A stretch of DNA of 64,000 bases from Ophelia neglecta (taxonomy: Eukaryota). Numbering within the stretch: the stretch's first letter is position 1; the number at the start of each line of letters is the position of its first letter. Positions 47,955-60,937 of this stretch are shown one piece after another. Where the stretch lies: positions 60,512,001 through 60,576,000 of the forward strand of contig OZ260661.1 of the NCBI GenBank assembly GCA_965285935.1, given 5' to 3'. A program made the position numbers and the translations under genes. The notes beneath the pieces were generated by a model. The model was not told the DNA's origin. It saw only the letters and a program-made list of their open reading frames with translations, and made no database searches.

Positions 47955-50900
47955 GATGCCTCTCGATTCGTTGCACTTGCCAGGCCTGCGATCTGCCAGC
48001 TTTTAAGCTCTACTCTGGGAAATTATTCGGTGTGCAAATGTAGCATTACAGGCACAATCGACAACCTGTAAGAAAGGCGAGGAATTTATAGCCCCGATTC
48101 AATAAAAAGCACCCATGAGGAGGGCAATATACAGGTTTGATCCGGCGCCGGATTGCCCTCTATGCCCCCGTTATCTTTATTGGCTGTAATTACGCACATT
48201 ATAGCCCTGTGATATTGTTATTTTTCATCGCCTGTCAAGTCTATGTTGACGACTCGCCTATCATGTGAAAAGGGAATCTCTGGCAGTTGAATAAATGCAA
48301 TGCTTCTGTCATCAGGTTTAGAACTTTCATCATAGCCCTACGATAAAAGTGTCACTAGGTTAGGCTTCCGTAAATTCTTACAGATGAAGTTGCCTGTACT
48401 TTTCGCTGCTGTTCTTATTTCGGTCCTTCACTGAGCAGACGACACAAAGAAGTCCTAGACAGAGCCATCTGTGACTCCTGAACATATGGAGAGCATTGGC
48501 GAGGAGCTCGACTCGCGACCAAAAGGTGGAAGGTCGAACAGCAAAAATGACTGCGGACAGGCATGCATTTTTATTGGGTAAAAATTAAGATAATGTTGTC
48601 AAGTTCTCTCCTGCATTTCTCAGTGTCAATGAATCGCTTTATGTTGGTTATCGTGTACATTTGGACAGTGAAATATGCTGCTATGGTTCGCTTTGGAATA
48701 TGTCCTTCGCTGCAGTGGACAATAATATAGAAGTTATTGAGGGTAGGTCTGTGGTCTGCCGGCTTACAACCCTCTTCTGGGGGCTGGAGGGCAACAAAGG
48801 TGGCTTTATTTCCACAAACATGAATGTCTAAATAGTCAGGAGACTAGTGGGCCCTCTTAGCAGCACGGCTGGTCCCTCAAGCACCGGTTCTGTTGTAGCA
48901 TGTCACAGCCAGACTGAACAGCACTTGGCTCTATTTGTGTCCACCCCATCTAGATAGCTTTAATTCATTTGTGGTACGTTCACAAGGGTTTTGGAGTGTT
49001 ATTGGTTGCTCCCGTTCAATTCATTTGCATTTCTCTCTGTTATATAGCTAGTTTCCTTGTGTTAAGTTTTCCATTGTTGGTCAGTGCTAGCTCGATCCTC
49101 ATATGTTTAGTGGCTAGAGGACAATAATTAGATTTGATATGACAAGGGGCTGGAAAAATTGGAGATCATTCGACACAGTGGTGCATGCGAGCGTTGTAAT
49201 TACGTTCTGACTCGCAGTTGATTACGTCTTGTGATCGGATTCTATTGTTTGTTGGCAGCCCTAAGTCAACGTCCTGACCCAAAGATTACAGAGGTAGCAA
49301 ACCAACCCCATTCAAGAACATTCACTTCCATGAAAATTGTATAAATCACTCGGGTTTAGATCCTGTGAGGCAAGCCACATGCCTGCAGTTGGCAAGAACA
49401 GAGGCGAAGTTCGCTGGGCATCTCGTAAGACGACAGCTCTCTTAAAGAAAATGAGATCAGGGAATGAAGTCTTGTCAAATTTGAAGGTTTAGAGCGAGGC
49501 GCAAATTTCACTCACCATTAGACGATTCTGCCTGCAACTCTGATTGGATTGGGCCTTGATTTGATTTTCTCTCTCAAGTTACTTTTCTTCATCTCAATAT
49601 TGCCAGGCAGATCTATTTGCATGTAAAAAGTAATGGGTTATGAATTTGATGGTGTCATGTCGAGACAAAAGGCAGAAGGCAGAGAGGAGGACCCGATGTC
49701 CTTCCTTCCTAGAAATATGCCTGATTACTTAATTATTTTAAGGAACTTCTTGAGAGGGCATTTGCAGATTGCTTTTAACCTGATGCATTTGATTTGGTGC
49801 CAATTTAACAGTTTTATATGCCTTTTAATTAAATCACATTGGCCCAGTGTAATCAGCAAATTTTCACTGAACTAAATACACTGACCCCCATGTTGACCTG
49901 ACCCGACACAGATTTGATTGAGTGCATCATACCAATTTACAAATATTCTACGATAGGCCTAAAGCGCATGTCGCAAAATGTGATGAAAAGTTAGACTAAT
50001 TAACCTGTCCTCGGAGAAATATGTCTTTAGATAAATATTGATAATTATAATAGTCCAAGAGGCAGCTGTAGTCATTTTTCATCAACATTAGCAATGGGTC
50101 GAACCGGGATGACACACATTCCAGCATTATGGCTATGGCCTATATTTTCCACCTATTAACTGGACTCTAATTAGTTTACTACTGAGAAATGACCTTGTAA
50201 TGAAGTTGTCTCGGTTCAAGGTGCGCAAATTGACATATTACACCCAAGGTGATAGAGTTAAAGGTTTGACCTGAATCCAAACAAATGTTTCAAACTAATT
50301 TTACATAGCTAATAATCTTCCCTGGCAACATATATCAATGTCAGTGCCCGGCACAACGAATAAGGCTGCATCCACCAGCTATAAATAAGTTCATAGCACA
50401 GGGACTGCTGTATTATGATTCTATATAATCTTCTTTCAAGCTGATTTGACTTAAGTCTTTTGAGACTTTTGTCTGTATGTCATCATTTTTATTGATCACG
50501 ACTTGAAGCTGGGTTATGACCTTTCAACAGTTATTCTTCAGATGCGAATTAAACGCACTTATTTATACTGACTATTTCTTCTACCTTAAAAAGGAGCAGC
50601 TAGCTATCTATGATAAGCTGTGCAAGTTTTTCTTTTTTCCACACCCTTTGCATGAGAGTTAATCAAAAGATCTCTTTCCTCGAATCGAATACAAATCTGT
50701 GAATGCTGACGGCTACCCTCAGGCTCGAGAATGGTGGAAGCTGGGCGATAATGGACCAAGTTTAGGCCAGACACTTTCCTTGAATATCACTTCTCCTGAG
50801 AGCTAAAGGCGCTTGCCAGGCAAACTAAGGTGTAAGCAAATCGATCGCTTATACTAATTTCTTTATAGTGGAAGGCTTCTTAGCTTTCATAATACTGAGG

Positions 50901-53900
50901 TAAGGTCAACTTTACAAAAAAATGTTGTAAGTATGTAATGATTAAAAAAGCGGTTTGCACTGTACATATATACATTATACATTTATATCAAAATGGTCGA
51001 CGAAAGCATTTGCCTCCAACTTCCAGTTTGCAAATAGTTTGCAAAAAATATTGATGACCTCTTACAATGTTATGAAGGTCCATGTCAGCATTTATCATTC
51101 ATTACTTCAGGGCACACTCTTGTTACCTAATGTCAAAACCAAAGTGCCCCTAGTGACAAGATCAAAAGTCAAGGCTTTCAAACAGATATAAGCTATATTT
51201 ATATTGGCAGTACCAATGGTTTTGGGTATAAAAACCCCTACATTTCATCTAAGATACCAGGCACTTCCTGCAGGCTCTCGAACTGTCTGGCGGTGTTTTC
51301 AGACACACGATTCACCTTTTGATACAGAAAGATGGCTGATATTTGTATACACTGTGGTCGCCTACAGCATTATTGTGGCGTATTTAGATTTCAAGAAGAT
51401 GGAATATATGTATTCATGTTCCCCAAACATCATTTATACATTTTTGTTGATTTAAGTATGGTTATGTAAAGAGAACCTAAAGACTTACTTGAAATATCAG
51501 ACGAAAATACCAGGAATTAATATTATAGGATTATTTAAAAGTCAATAACGCTTCAAATGCTACCTTAAACAAGACTAGTGTTGTTAGACGATTCTATAAG
51601 TGCACATGATACTGACAGGCCCTATTGACGCCAAAATAAATTGACAAACGTGCTTCAAAACTTCCTTTGTGACCTGTCAGATAGTCCACTTTGTCAGCTG
51701 CTGGGTTATATCAATAATAGAAACAACTGCTCCGGAGTTGTATACATCTTTATTGAATTATTAAGAATGTATCATTTGCAGTTTATTATAAAAAATAATA
51801 AAGCCACCAAATTAGCCAACTTTTAACAAAGTAAACTCACTCGCACAGAAAAGTAAAAACAATTATCCTCGAAACAAGCCGGAGAAATTTGATTTATAGT
51901 CAGTCTGTCTGATCATATTTCATTATTTATTGCTAAACAGACAGCTATAAGAGCATGGAACTAATGATAAACGCCCAGAGTCATAAACATATGTAGAATC
52001 AATTGATTTATTGCGTTTTTGCATATGAGCCGATGCTCTCTCTAAACCTTCAATAATGTCCTCAAATGTTCTCTGACACTAAATATCATAAGATTGGTTC
52101 AGGTGTTCTGCTAGAATTGCCTGTTTAGTCCGACGCCTATTTCCTTTTAACCTTCAGCAACAAAATGGCTGGTTTAATGTCTAGTTTTCATGAGGAGTGT
52201 CATAAACTCTGCACCCCGTGTCCCCGATCAAATATATACAGGTGGTTAACATATATCGAGGGTTCAGATATATCGGTGCAAATCTGGTATTTATAGTGTA
52301 GAACAGAGCTAGCCGTGAAGGTCGTCGACAGGCTGGGACACCATAAACCAAGTATGGGCATAATTAACATCTCCAATATCAGCATCCCAACGCGGAGTAA
52401 TTTGTCATGTATTTCAATATTATACTGCAGATCTATGGGCATATAGAGACAGAAATCAGACAAATAACTAGTGGGATGGGTAAGAATACTCTCTATCCGT
52501 CCAATGCCCCCCTCCCCCTCCCCACCCCATGTGAAGCCAACCTTCAGGTTTTGACTCAAGGGTGGTTTTAATTAGTTGGCTATAGACATAGTTGCTTTCT
52601 CGGCCACGTGTGATGTTACGTTCAGATGGCTGGGTGGCTTCGATGTTAGGTTTTCCAGACTCGGGGACATTGCTCCACCAGATGGTCATCCCTTCAGTCG
52701 GTCTCACTCGCTCTCCTGGTACACGTAACGTATCTACCCGCCGCGGCACAGGGACTTGGGCTAGTTTGTTTGGAGGTGTTAAGGAGATGTCAGAAACTTC
52801 ATGGGGACTTGTCAAAACTTCCCAGGCCATATGCCGTATCTGAAATAGACCTAATATCAATATGAACCTCTCGGGAGGAGTCTATTGATCATATTATACA
52901 TGTTAAATCTCCAAACGACGGATGCTCATCATTACCTTATAAATGAGCACTCCACATACAAATCATTCGATGAAAGGCCAGCTCGTGCTAGACATTTCAT
53001 GTTTCCAAGCTAGATTTGACATGCATAATTTCTTTAGCAGATTTTCACATGTTTATGAGGTCCACGTTTATGATGCCATTGAAGTTTCATAGTCCATACA
53101 ACAGGACCTGATGCCAATGTCTGATGCCGCCATGCCGACTGGCATATTAACCTAAGTAGAAAATACATTTGTTTTGACGGCACAGTTTAATGGAGTTGAT
53201 TTCTCATTAACCTATAAGTTGAACATCCTTTTACTTGGACCTGCACCGTTATCAGCTGAGTCTCTCTACAGATCGCCGCCTCTTTATGCTCATTGCCTAT
53301 CTGACAGGGTGACCCAGATTTCCTGCTCTCATTTCCCCTTAAAACCCTCCACTCCTTCCCATAAACGAGAAATTGTCTACAATAAAACGGCTTTATCAGA
53401 TGAGTTTAGCCTGTGGTTCTCTGGCTTCTGCAGACGTCTTATCTATTCATCTTGCTGTTCACTAAATTTTATCAATCTGTTCTATACACTTTCCTCACCC
53501 GAGTACTGGGCGTAGTAATAAGCAGATAGAATATTCCTCCTCTTCTTGCAATGATTTGATAGAACAATATCAAGAGATTTAGCCTTTGACCCCGCACATG
53601 TTTAAATTGATCTAGCGAAAGTACCACTGATAAGTGGCCATCGAATATCAATAACTCGCTTTCCATGTTTAATGTTATTTCAAGCTCTTTCTCTCTCCTC
53701 AACCTGGCTCTCCGAATCGATAAAAAGTGAATCCATTTGTCATTATAACAGTTGTTCCTAAATTAAAAGACGGTAGCAACTATTGTCTGGTTATCCAATA
53801 ACTATTTTTTGAGCGACTGTAAAATTATGATGCATGCTGGTTATTTTTTATTGGAAACAGATTGTTTTAATGTATTGTGGTTCTTTTTTAAATATCTGTG

Positions 53901-56900
53901 TATTTTAATAATAATAACATGTGATAGTGATACAAAAAGTTAAGTATATTATTATAACGATGTGTAACATATGGAGCATATAATGAAATCTGTATTTACA
54001 ATATAAATGTACTCAAAACTGTTTTCTGTTTTTGCAGGTAGACTGATCGCGATTGTGAACGAAACGCTATACAATCAGACCAACCAAAACTGACTGTGTT
54101 AACGAACAGGCTTACCAGAAGAAAAACGGCTAGCTTCTAACCTGCAATAACTGACCAATTTACTTTCTATGACTTATTAATGGTAATTAGAAAGAGCCTG
54201 TTACTATATAATAAAGATGTCTGTAAACTAATAAACTTTAATTAATGTTGAAAGTGTTGTAAATGGATATTACTAATCAAACTGTTTGAAGAACAAAGAG
54301 TACCGGTTATGTTAGTGTATAGGCACTATAATTGCAGATAGAAAGAATGTTTATTTTTTAATGTGTATGACAGACCCGTATAATGACTTTGTTTCTTACT
54401 TATTATAAGAACCTTATTGTTATTATTGCAAGGATGTGCTTATACACAATAAACTAATAATAAGCCTTTGAGTTAATGTGTCAACAATTGAGCTGAAATC
54501 TTTAGGTTTACCAATAGGCCCTAGTCAACCTCCTAGTCCAATTTAGATCGTTGGCAAATGACCAAAATAGCGCCCGCCCCCCCCCCCCCCCCCCACCACC
54601 TCCCATTGGCATGTCACTAGTCGGTCGTTAAGTTGGTCCGAAGAGTTGCAGAGGCGATGCTAGGTTTAAAAGTGATCAGCCTGAGTTACCTAACGCTGTA
54701 TCTTACTATCTAAGTGGGGCTGTAAATCTGTCACAAACCGGCCAAGGTCTCAGGGGTTCTCTTCTGTTATGATGTTATAAATGTGATGGCATCTACTCCT
54801 ATTTTTGATTAGCCCGAGACACATGAATGGCCTTTGATTTGTGCTGCCTACCTGGAGACTGGCCAATACCTGGGGGCTTGGCAGCCCCCAAAAGAGAGAA
54901 TAGCGACCGTAAAACAATGGTCTCACCCGTAACTTATTACACAGACAGAGTGTTTTATGGCCGTACAATGATGCAACGTCAACCTTAAAGCAATGAATTG
55001 TTTGCGGTGAATAGAAACAGAATGAAAGTGTCACAAATATTGTTAGCCCGTGCGTTTGATGTGATATATAGTATTCAAAGCCAATTGCTCTCACAATGCC
55101 AAAGAGTCAGACACATTTGAACGTGCAACTGCCATTTTTTAAGCAGTTGATTTTTGCATCTTATATAGGGGTCAACTATACAATTGGGGTCGGGTTGGCG
55201 AGTAATGAAAAGGTGTAGAGGTGTTTGTTTTCACGAGACTGACAGGAAGATCAAAGGTTTCACAGCATACCAAAATTATGACTTACGCCTCGTTATATTT
55301 TCCCAGCTGCAGTTAGTCGGGGATATGATATGCTGCTACATAGTCTAAGTAGCAAGCTTGATTAGCTTGTATACTTGGAATACCTGAGACTCTCATCGTA
55401 TATGTGTACCCGGGTTTTTTTGTTTCAAGTGGAGCAAACAGAACATTATGATCAACTAAGGACACATTTTGTATCATTCTTGAAAGTTTACAGGGTGTTT
55501 ATACATATTTCCCCAAATAGTTGAAATGAAATGTGTTCTATAGAGAATGTTCCTCTTTAATTTGTCATAGATAGCAGTCTGATTAACGTGATGCTGTCGA
55601 AACTAGATCAGGTGAAATACCTAACTAAATACTTTGTTATGGGTTTCATAAGAAAGAATGCAGAGAAAAATCGATACATTTACGCGACAAGTGGTGCTTG
55701 TACAAACTAAGTGTTGCTCAAATGAGCTACGCTAGTCTGAGCGAAAAGAAGAGCCACCTGCTCGAGAAAAAACCATGATCTTAATCTGGCAGAAATGAGA
55801 TAAAAAGCTAACAAGGTCCAAAGCTATCTGGCTACAATCCAGGCTGTTTGGCCTCTAGTGATGTCACGCACCCGAGTTCCGATGGGCTTTAAGGGGAGGT
55901 AAAAAACTCATGGCCCGCTATGGCCGTGCCATCCGGACCCCTGTCTGAAAACAATAACTATAAACGCACAGATAAAGCGAATAAAATGTTAAAGCTCGCT
56001 TGAGAAGGTCATCAGATAAAGCCGGTTAAAGCCGGGCATTTGCGTGACGTCGAGATCCCTATCTGGCCCAGCAACTGACAGTTAAATTATTGGAGCTTTT
56101 GCTACGGACGGCCATCAAGGCTTTCTGCAGCAGACATGGGCAAATCTTCAGGGATGGGTGTATCAGAGGAAATAATCATTGGGTGGATCTGTGCTATTTA
56201 GACCAGTATCACTGTGATATTGTTCGAGTAAATGCCACTCAATATCGCCGAGCACAATGCCCATCAGGCGGGAGATCGGTGCTGAGTCTGACTCAGGGGA
56301 TTGAGCCATTCTCATGAGCACGTCATGCCACGAGTGCCCACAACGGGAACATGTAATAGTAGAACTCGGACAGAATAATGCTCACTGATCCCACTTATAA
56401 TGACCATCAACTCCAAGCTGTCCTTGAAGCTAGTTATTGCAGGTCACAAAAACAAATTGGGTAGTTATGCGAGTTCACGAGCGTTTGGCCGTTTTACGAC
56501 TTAAAATCATTGCGCGGTCTGGATTCTCCCTGCAGGATTACATTAACATATTGGCAATTCTTGGTAAACTTTTTATGACACTATTGACTTGGTTATATAT
56601 TTTTAAGAACTACGAGAAACGAATATTTTGGCACTTTTTGGCTTCGTTTTAGGCTTTCCTTTCACTTTGGTCCAACTTCACTGTTTGTTTCAGGGAACAA
56701 CTAGGCACTCTAGGGTCAGCTGGTGTAGGCCTATAAATTATATGATTCAGGTCGGATGGAGACCGGGTTGCCTCTGTCAGACCATAGCTGTTACTTTGCG
56801 AACGCGTCTACATTCTGTTTAGCTATAAAGCAGCATTCCTATATCTACTCTTCTTTAGATGGTAGGGTACCCCGTCATTTCATAAACCGCAAGCATGCCC

Positions 56901-57175
56901 ATTATCGCCCACAACATCCTCTTCACCCAGGACACTCCCCCTGCAATGTGCCCCCTACCCCCGGGGTGGGGGAGGAAGATGGAAGATTAATTGCTGGAAT
57001 GTTCTGATTCACCTATGTACAGCCAAAACCCTGCTTAATGTCTCACACTCATTTACTTAAGGGTTTGATTTATATTCTTTGTATATAATATTATAATTTA
57101 TATTAATCGAAATGTTTAATAAGGCTCAGATCGGTTCAATTCGGGTCACTTTATATTATACGACAGTGGGTTGTT

Positions 57176-60140
57176 TTTATTGAAACATATTTCATATTTA
57201 CAGCAACAATATAAAGCTAATATTTTACTTTAGGATGGAATGAGAACATAAATGCTTATTGCTTTTTTCAGTAAATAATTATAAATAATATTTAATGATG
57301 CTGATGGAGAGCGTACATTTTTATTGATAGCCGATGTTTTAGCATTAATCCCGGTATAATCAAGTGTTCAGGATCGTTGTAATAATGATAGTTCTACGTT
57401 GAAATAGGATATTTATTATTTTGTTGTAGGGGTATATATTTTTATATTCAAATAAATGTCATACCCGTTAGTATATATATATATGGTATGGGGATATCAT
57501 TAAAATAAAACTTTCGATTGTATCATATTATTTAAACATACTATATATATATTTATATATATATGTGTGTTTAGTATGTATTTTAATCAAACTTTTAGAG
57601 TATTCAAATTGCTTTTTTTAAATTGTACGTGGTTTAAGGAATAAATTTTAATTACTTAAGGTTTGTTTTTGTTTACTTTTACAGTGTAAATGAAATAAGT
57701 TGTCTTTTTAAACACAAGTAAATTACATCATAGAGATAACAACAAGAAATCATTTTGTTGGTCTAATATTTAATACTACAAAACACACATTGTACATGGA
57801 TACAGCCGTTAATCTTATTGTGATTTTAGGACAAATATGAAATCTCAACTTTCAATATCCGACGCCGTCTTTAAATAAAATACTAATCTCCTTTTGGTGT
57901 ATCACTTTCCAAGAAAAATGGTGGATTTCTAATATCCGCGCCACTTGTATTACTATGTCGTCTGCTACCCTAATAATATATCTACAATAAAGCTCATTCT
58001 AATTGACATTTTCAAAATATAATATACATATATTATTTACATGATATTTTACTCTCAACATGTTTACAGTTAATTTCAAAGTTCACAATGAACTATCAAC
58101 TCCATTCCACTAGTATGTGACCAATAATTAAAATCTTGTACGCAAAATGCCTTCAATGCAATATATCATTAACACCTAGAAATACATTTCTTAACATCAG
58201 ACTGCGAGAGATCTGAGTGCTGCGAAAAATATCTAGAATTTCCATCTAAACTTTACATTATTGCTGGCAAGAATATGGCAGCTGAATTGTTTGTCTCCGC
58301 ACCGAGTAAGGTGAAACATATTACTAAATATATACTATTACAAATTCAGGTATGCTTCAAGTTTTGCGCCTAAAACAGACGTTTAAAATTGTCCATTGTT
58401 CATATTCTGCGCATACTTGAAGCGACTTGAAATGGTAAGTTAAGATAAACGATATAGTGTACCCGTAAAATCCCGTTTAGCAACAATATTTATAAAATGT
58501 ATACTCTGAAATGTTCCGACTATTTTACTCTTACAACAAACACACAGTGGACACTAGAAAAATTAAGTAAGGAGTGCACATACATTTTTGAACTAATACA
58601 AACTCATGACAATGCCACGTGAACTATTGTTATTTCTTTACAAATTTCATCCAAATACTATCTGCTAATGCACAGGTTTTAGCAAGATTGGGTCCAGTAA
58701 GTTAAAAGAGAATCTTCATAAAAGTTGACCCTCTCTGGACGGCTGGCAAAAGAACAAAGAAAAACATTATAAAGAACAAAACCACAGGTGAATAAAGTAA
58801 TAAAACTACGATCAAACATATGGAGAAGGCATTACTGAGTGACCCCTAGCAACCTGCTATTGGAAGTCAAATTCCAAGCACAGCTAAGCTAGTTACAGGA
58901 GGCACTATAGGGCCATATAAAGTTCTTAACTGTATCTATTTGCATATTTTCAATTGGAAATCACTGCACCGTAATTTTGCATTGGTCTGTCATAGTGGAC
59001 GATTTCTGAATAAGACAGTTTTATGACCCTTGGTTAAAAGTTTTTCTTCACACCTGCAAGCCTGCCAAGATTAAACGGTGAAAGCGGCTGAATGGGCCAC
59101 CTGAAGACCGCGGTGCTAATAAAGAAGGCAAGTTCAAGAGACCTTTATAGTTTCTGGTACTGCCTATAGGCACTTATTGGCTCCTGCTGCGGTGAATACA
59201 CAATGGCAGGCAGTGGTCAGTAGCTATAAAGTTAAAATGACGAGCTTTCTTTTCAACTAGCACTCAAGTAGGCACCTCGCACGGGCCCCTATGTAGTTAT
59301 CTTAATTATATCTGGCTTGCAATTCGCAACTAGTTAATAGGTGTATACTAAGGGAACCAGCGATACAATTGTAATACTTTGTTAGAATACCATATTGCAC
59401 CTGTCAAGATGGAGCTTGAAGTTTACACATAAAACAATGCTAATATTCTAAGTTGTATTTAACACAAAAAGGGCAAGAAATGCAGGTATCATTGGATTTA
59501 AAAATCAGATCTATAAACCGGCAGTAAAATAAATTTACTGACAATTAACACGGAGTAGCATTTAACAGACGCCATTTAACACAATATTCTCATAACAATT
59601 AATCACTACACTAAGCAGCGAATTAGCCAGGGTTAATAAAGTGGGCTCCCATTGAAATTCCAGCTTATCAAAATACAACTTTTCAGAAGTTAAATATCAG
59701 AATAATCTCTCAATATTTTCCTTTTTGTCTTTCAGTTGTATCACCATGTTATATTTTTCAGTTGTTCTTCCAACTGCCTCTTTTAATAAATATTTCAAAT
59801 TTTGATATTTTTCACCATTTTCTCAAGTTTTGTCGACCCTGTATAAGGCATCTCAAATTATACATTGAGATAGCAGAAGAAAACAGAAACAGCTCGTTAC
59901 TACAGACCATCTCACTTCGTAGGCATCGAGCTGCTATAACAACATAGGCCTATCACTTAGCCCGCCACCACGGACAACGAATTAAGTACACACAATATGA
60001 TATATCATAGCACTATCAAATCAGCACACTTTTAAACAATTATGCCCATTCTATATTTTAGAAAATCCCTGCTGCATTTAATGTATATTGCGCCGGCGCT
60101 TGCGCAGATGTTGTACTGAAATCTGCCGCCAATGAACTTC
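57176..60140 (-). other. Putative long (about 3 kb) Hox3 3'UTR
   Basis: AT-rich tract with Pumilio-type TGTANATA motifs (57195, 57979, 58034) and miRNA seeds. Cluster of minus-strand AATAAA near 57176-57420. Confidence 0.4.
59836..59912 (-). promoter_or_regulatory. miRNA target module in the putative Hox3 3'UTR (miR-10/993-5p seed, miR-124 seed, miR-993-3p-like extended site)
   Basis: Plus strand ACCCTGTA 59836-59843, TAAGGCA 59844-59850 and AGCTCGTTACTACAGACCATCT 59891-59912. Confidence 0.5.
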
Positions 60141-60937
60141 TCATAAATGGGTTAGTTTTGGCGCAGGATTGTAGTTTCCCTGAGTATAATTCATTTTGTC
60201 CATTGAACACAAGTTGATATTGGGCGGTAGATGTAAGGGAAGAGACATCCCTTGACCGTTGATGTAATGTTGAGGGTTGGGTGAAGGGGTGTGGGGGTTG
60301 TGACACCCCATAGGAGATCCCGTTCTACCGTAATCGAGCGGGCTGGCACTCGCTTGGTGGCGCTGTAAGTGAAGGGGTGAGTTGCCCTCTAATGGTGACA
60401 TCTTGTGTGACATATTGGGTGGCGACTGACCCATATTTGGAGATTGCAGTTCTGATGACGTAGAAGAGGTGTGGTGGGGATAATTGGGTCGTTGGGCGCC
60501 ATATCCGCTATCACCATGGCCTGATGACGCATGATGACCCTGAACCCCACCGGATGTGGACAGAGGTGACGTCACCGGCGACGCTAGTGATGATTGGTCA
60601 TCCTCCGAGGAGGTGGAGCCATTACCGGATGTGGCGCTCGACGACCCTTTAATGCTATCCACTGATTGGTCAGTCAGCTGCCTCGTCACATCCCCACCCA
60701 TTTGCTTCTCTAACAACTGCTTCTGTTTCTGATCCTTCTTATATCTCATCCTCCGGTTTTGGAACCAAATTTTGATCTGTCTCTCGGTGAGATTGAGAAC
60801 TGCCGCCATTTCAATTCGGCGCGGACGACAAAGGTAACGGTTAAAGTGAAACTCTTTTTCTAGTTCCACAAGTTGAGCGCTGGTATAAGCTGTTCTCGCC
60901 CGCTTTGACGGCTGCTGGTTTGACTCGGCGTAGCCAT
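60141..60937 (-). CDS. Hox3: Hox3, coding exon 2 (homeobox 60908-60729)
   Basis: Acceptor TTTTCAG|AT (AG at 60939-60938). Homeodomain [60 protein letters not shown] and the C-terminal APKLTHL* motif are both diagnostic of PG3. Confidence 0.98.

Noticed and set aside
52200-52860. Overlapping 119-130 aa ORFs between Hox3 and Hox2 (possible extra gene or transposon)
   Set aside because: No homeobox, RT, integrase or transposase motifs; non-canonical starts.
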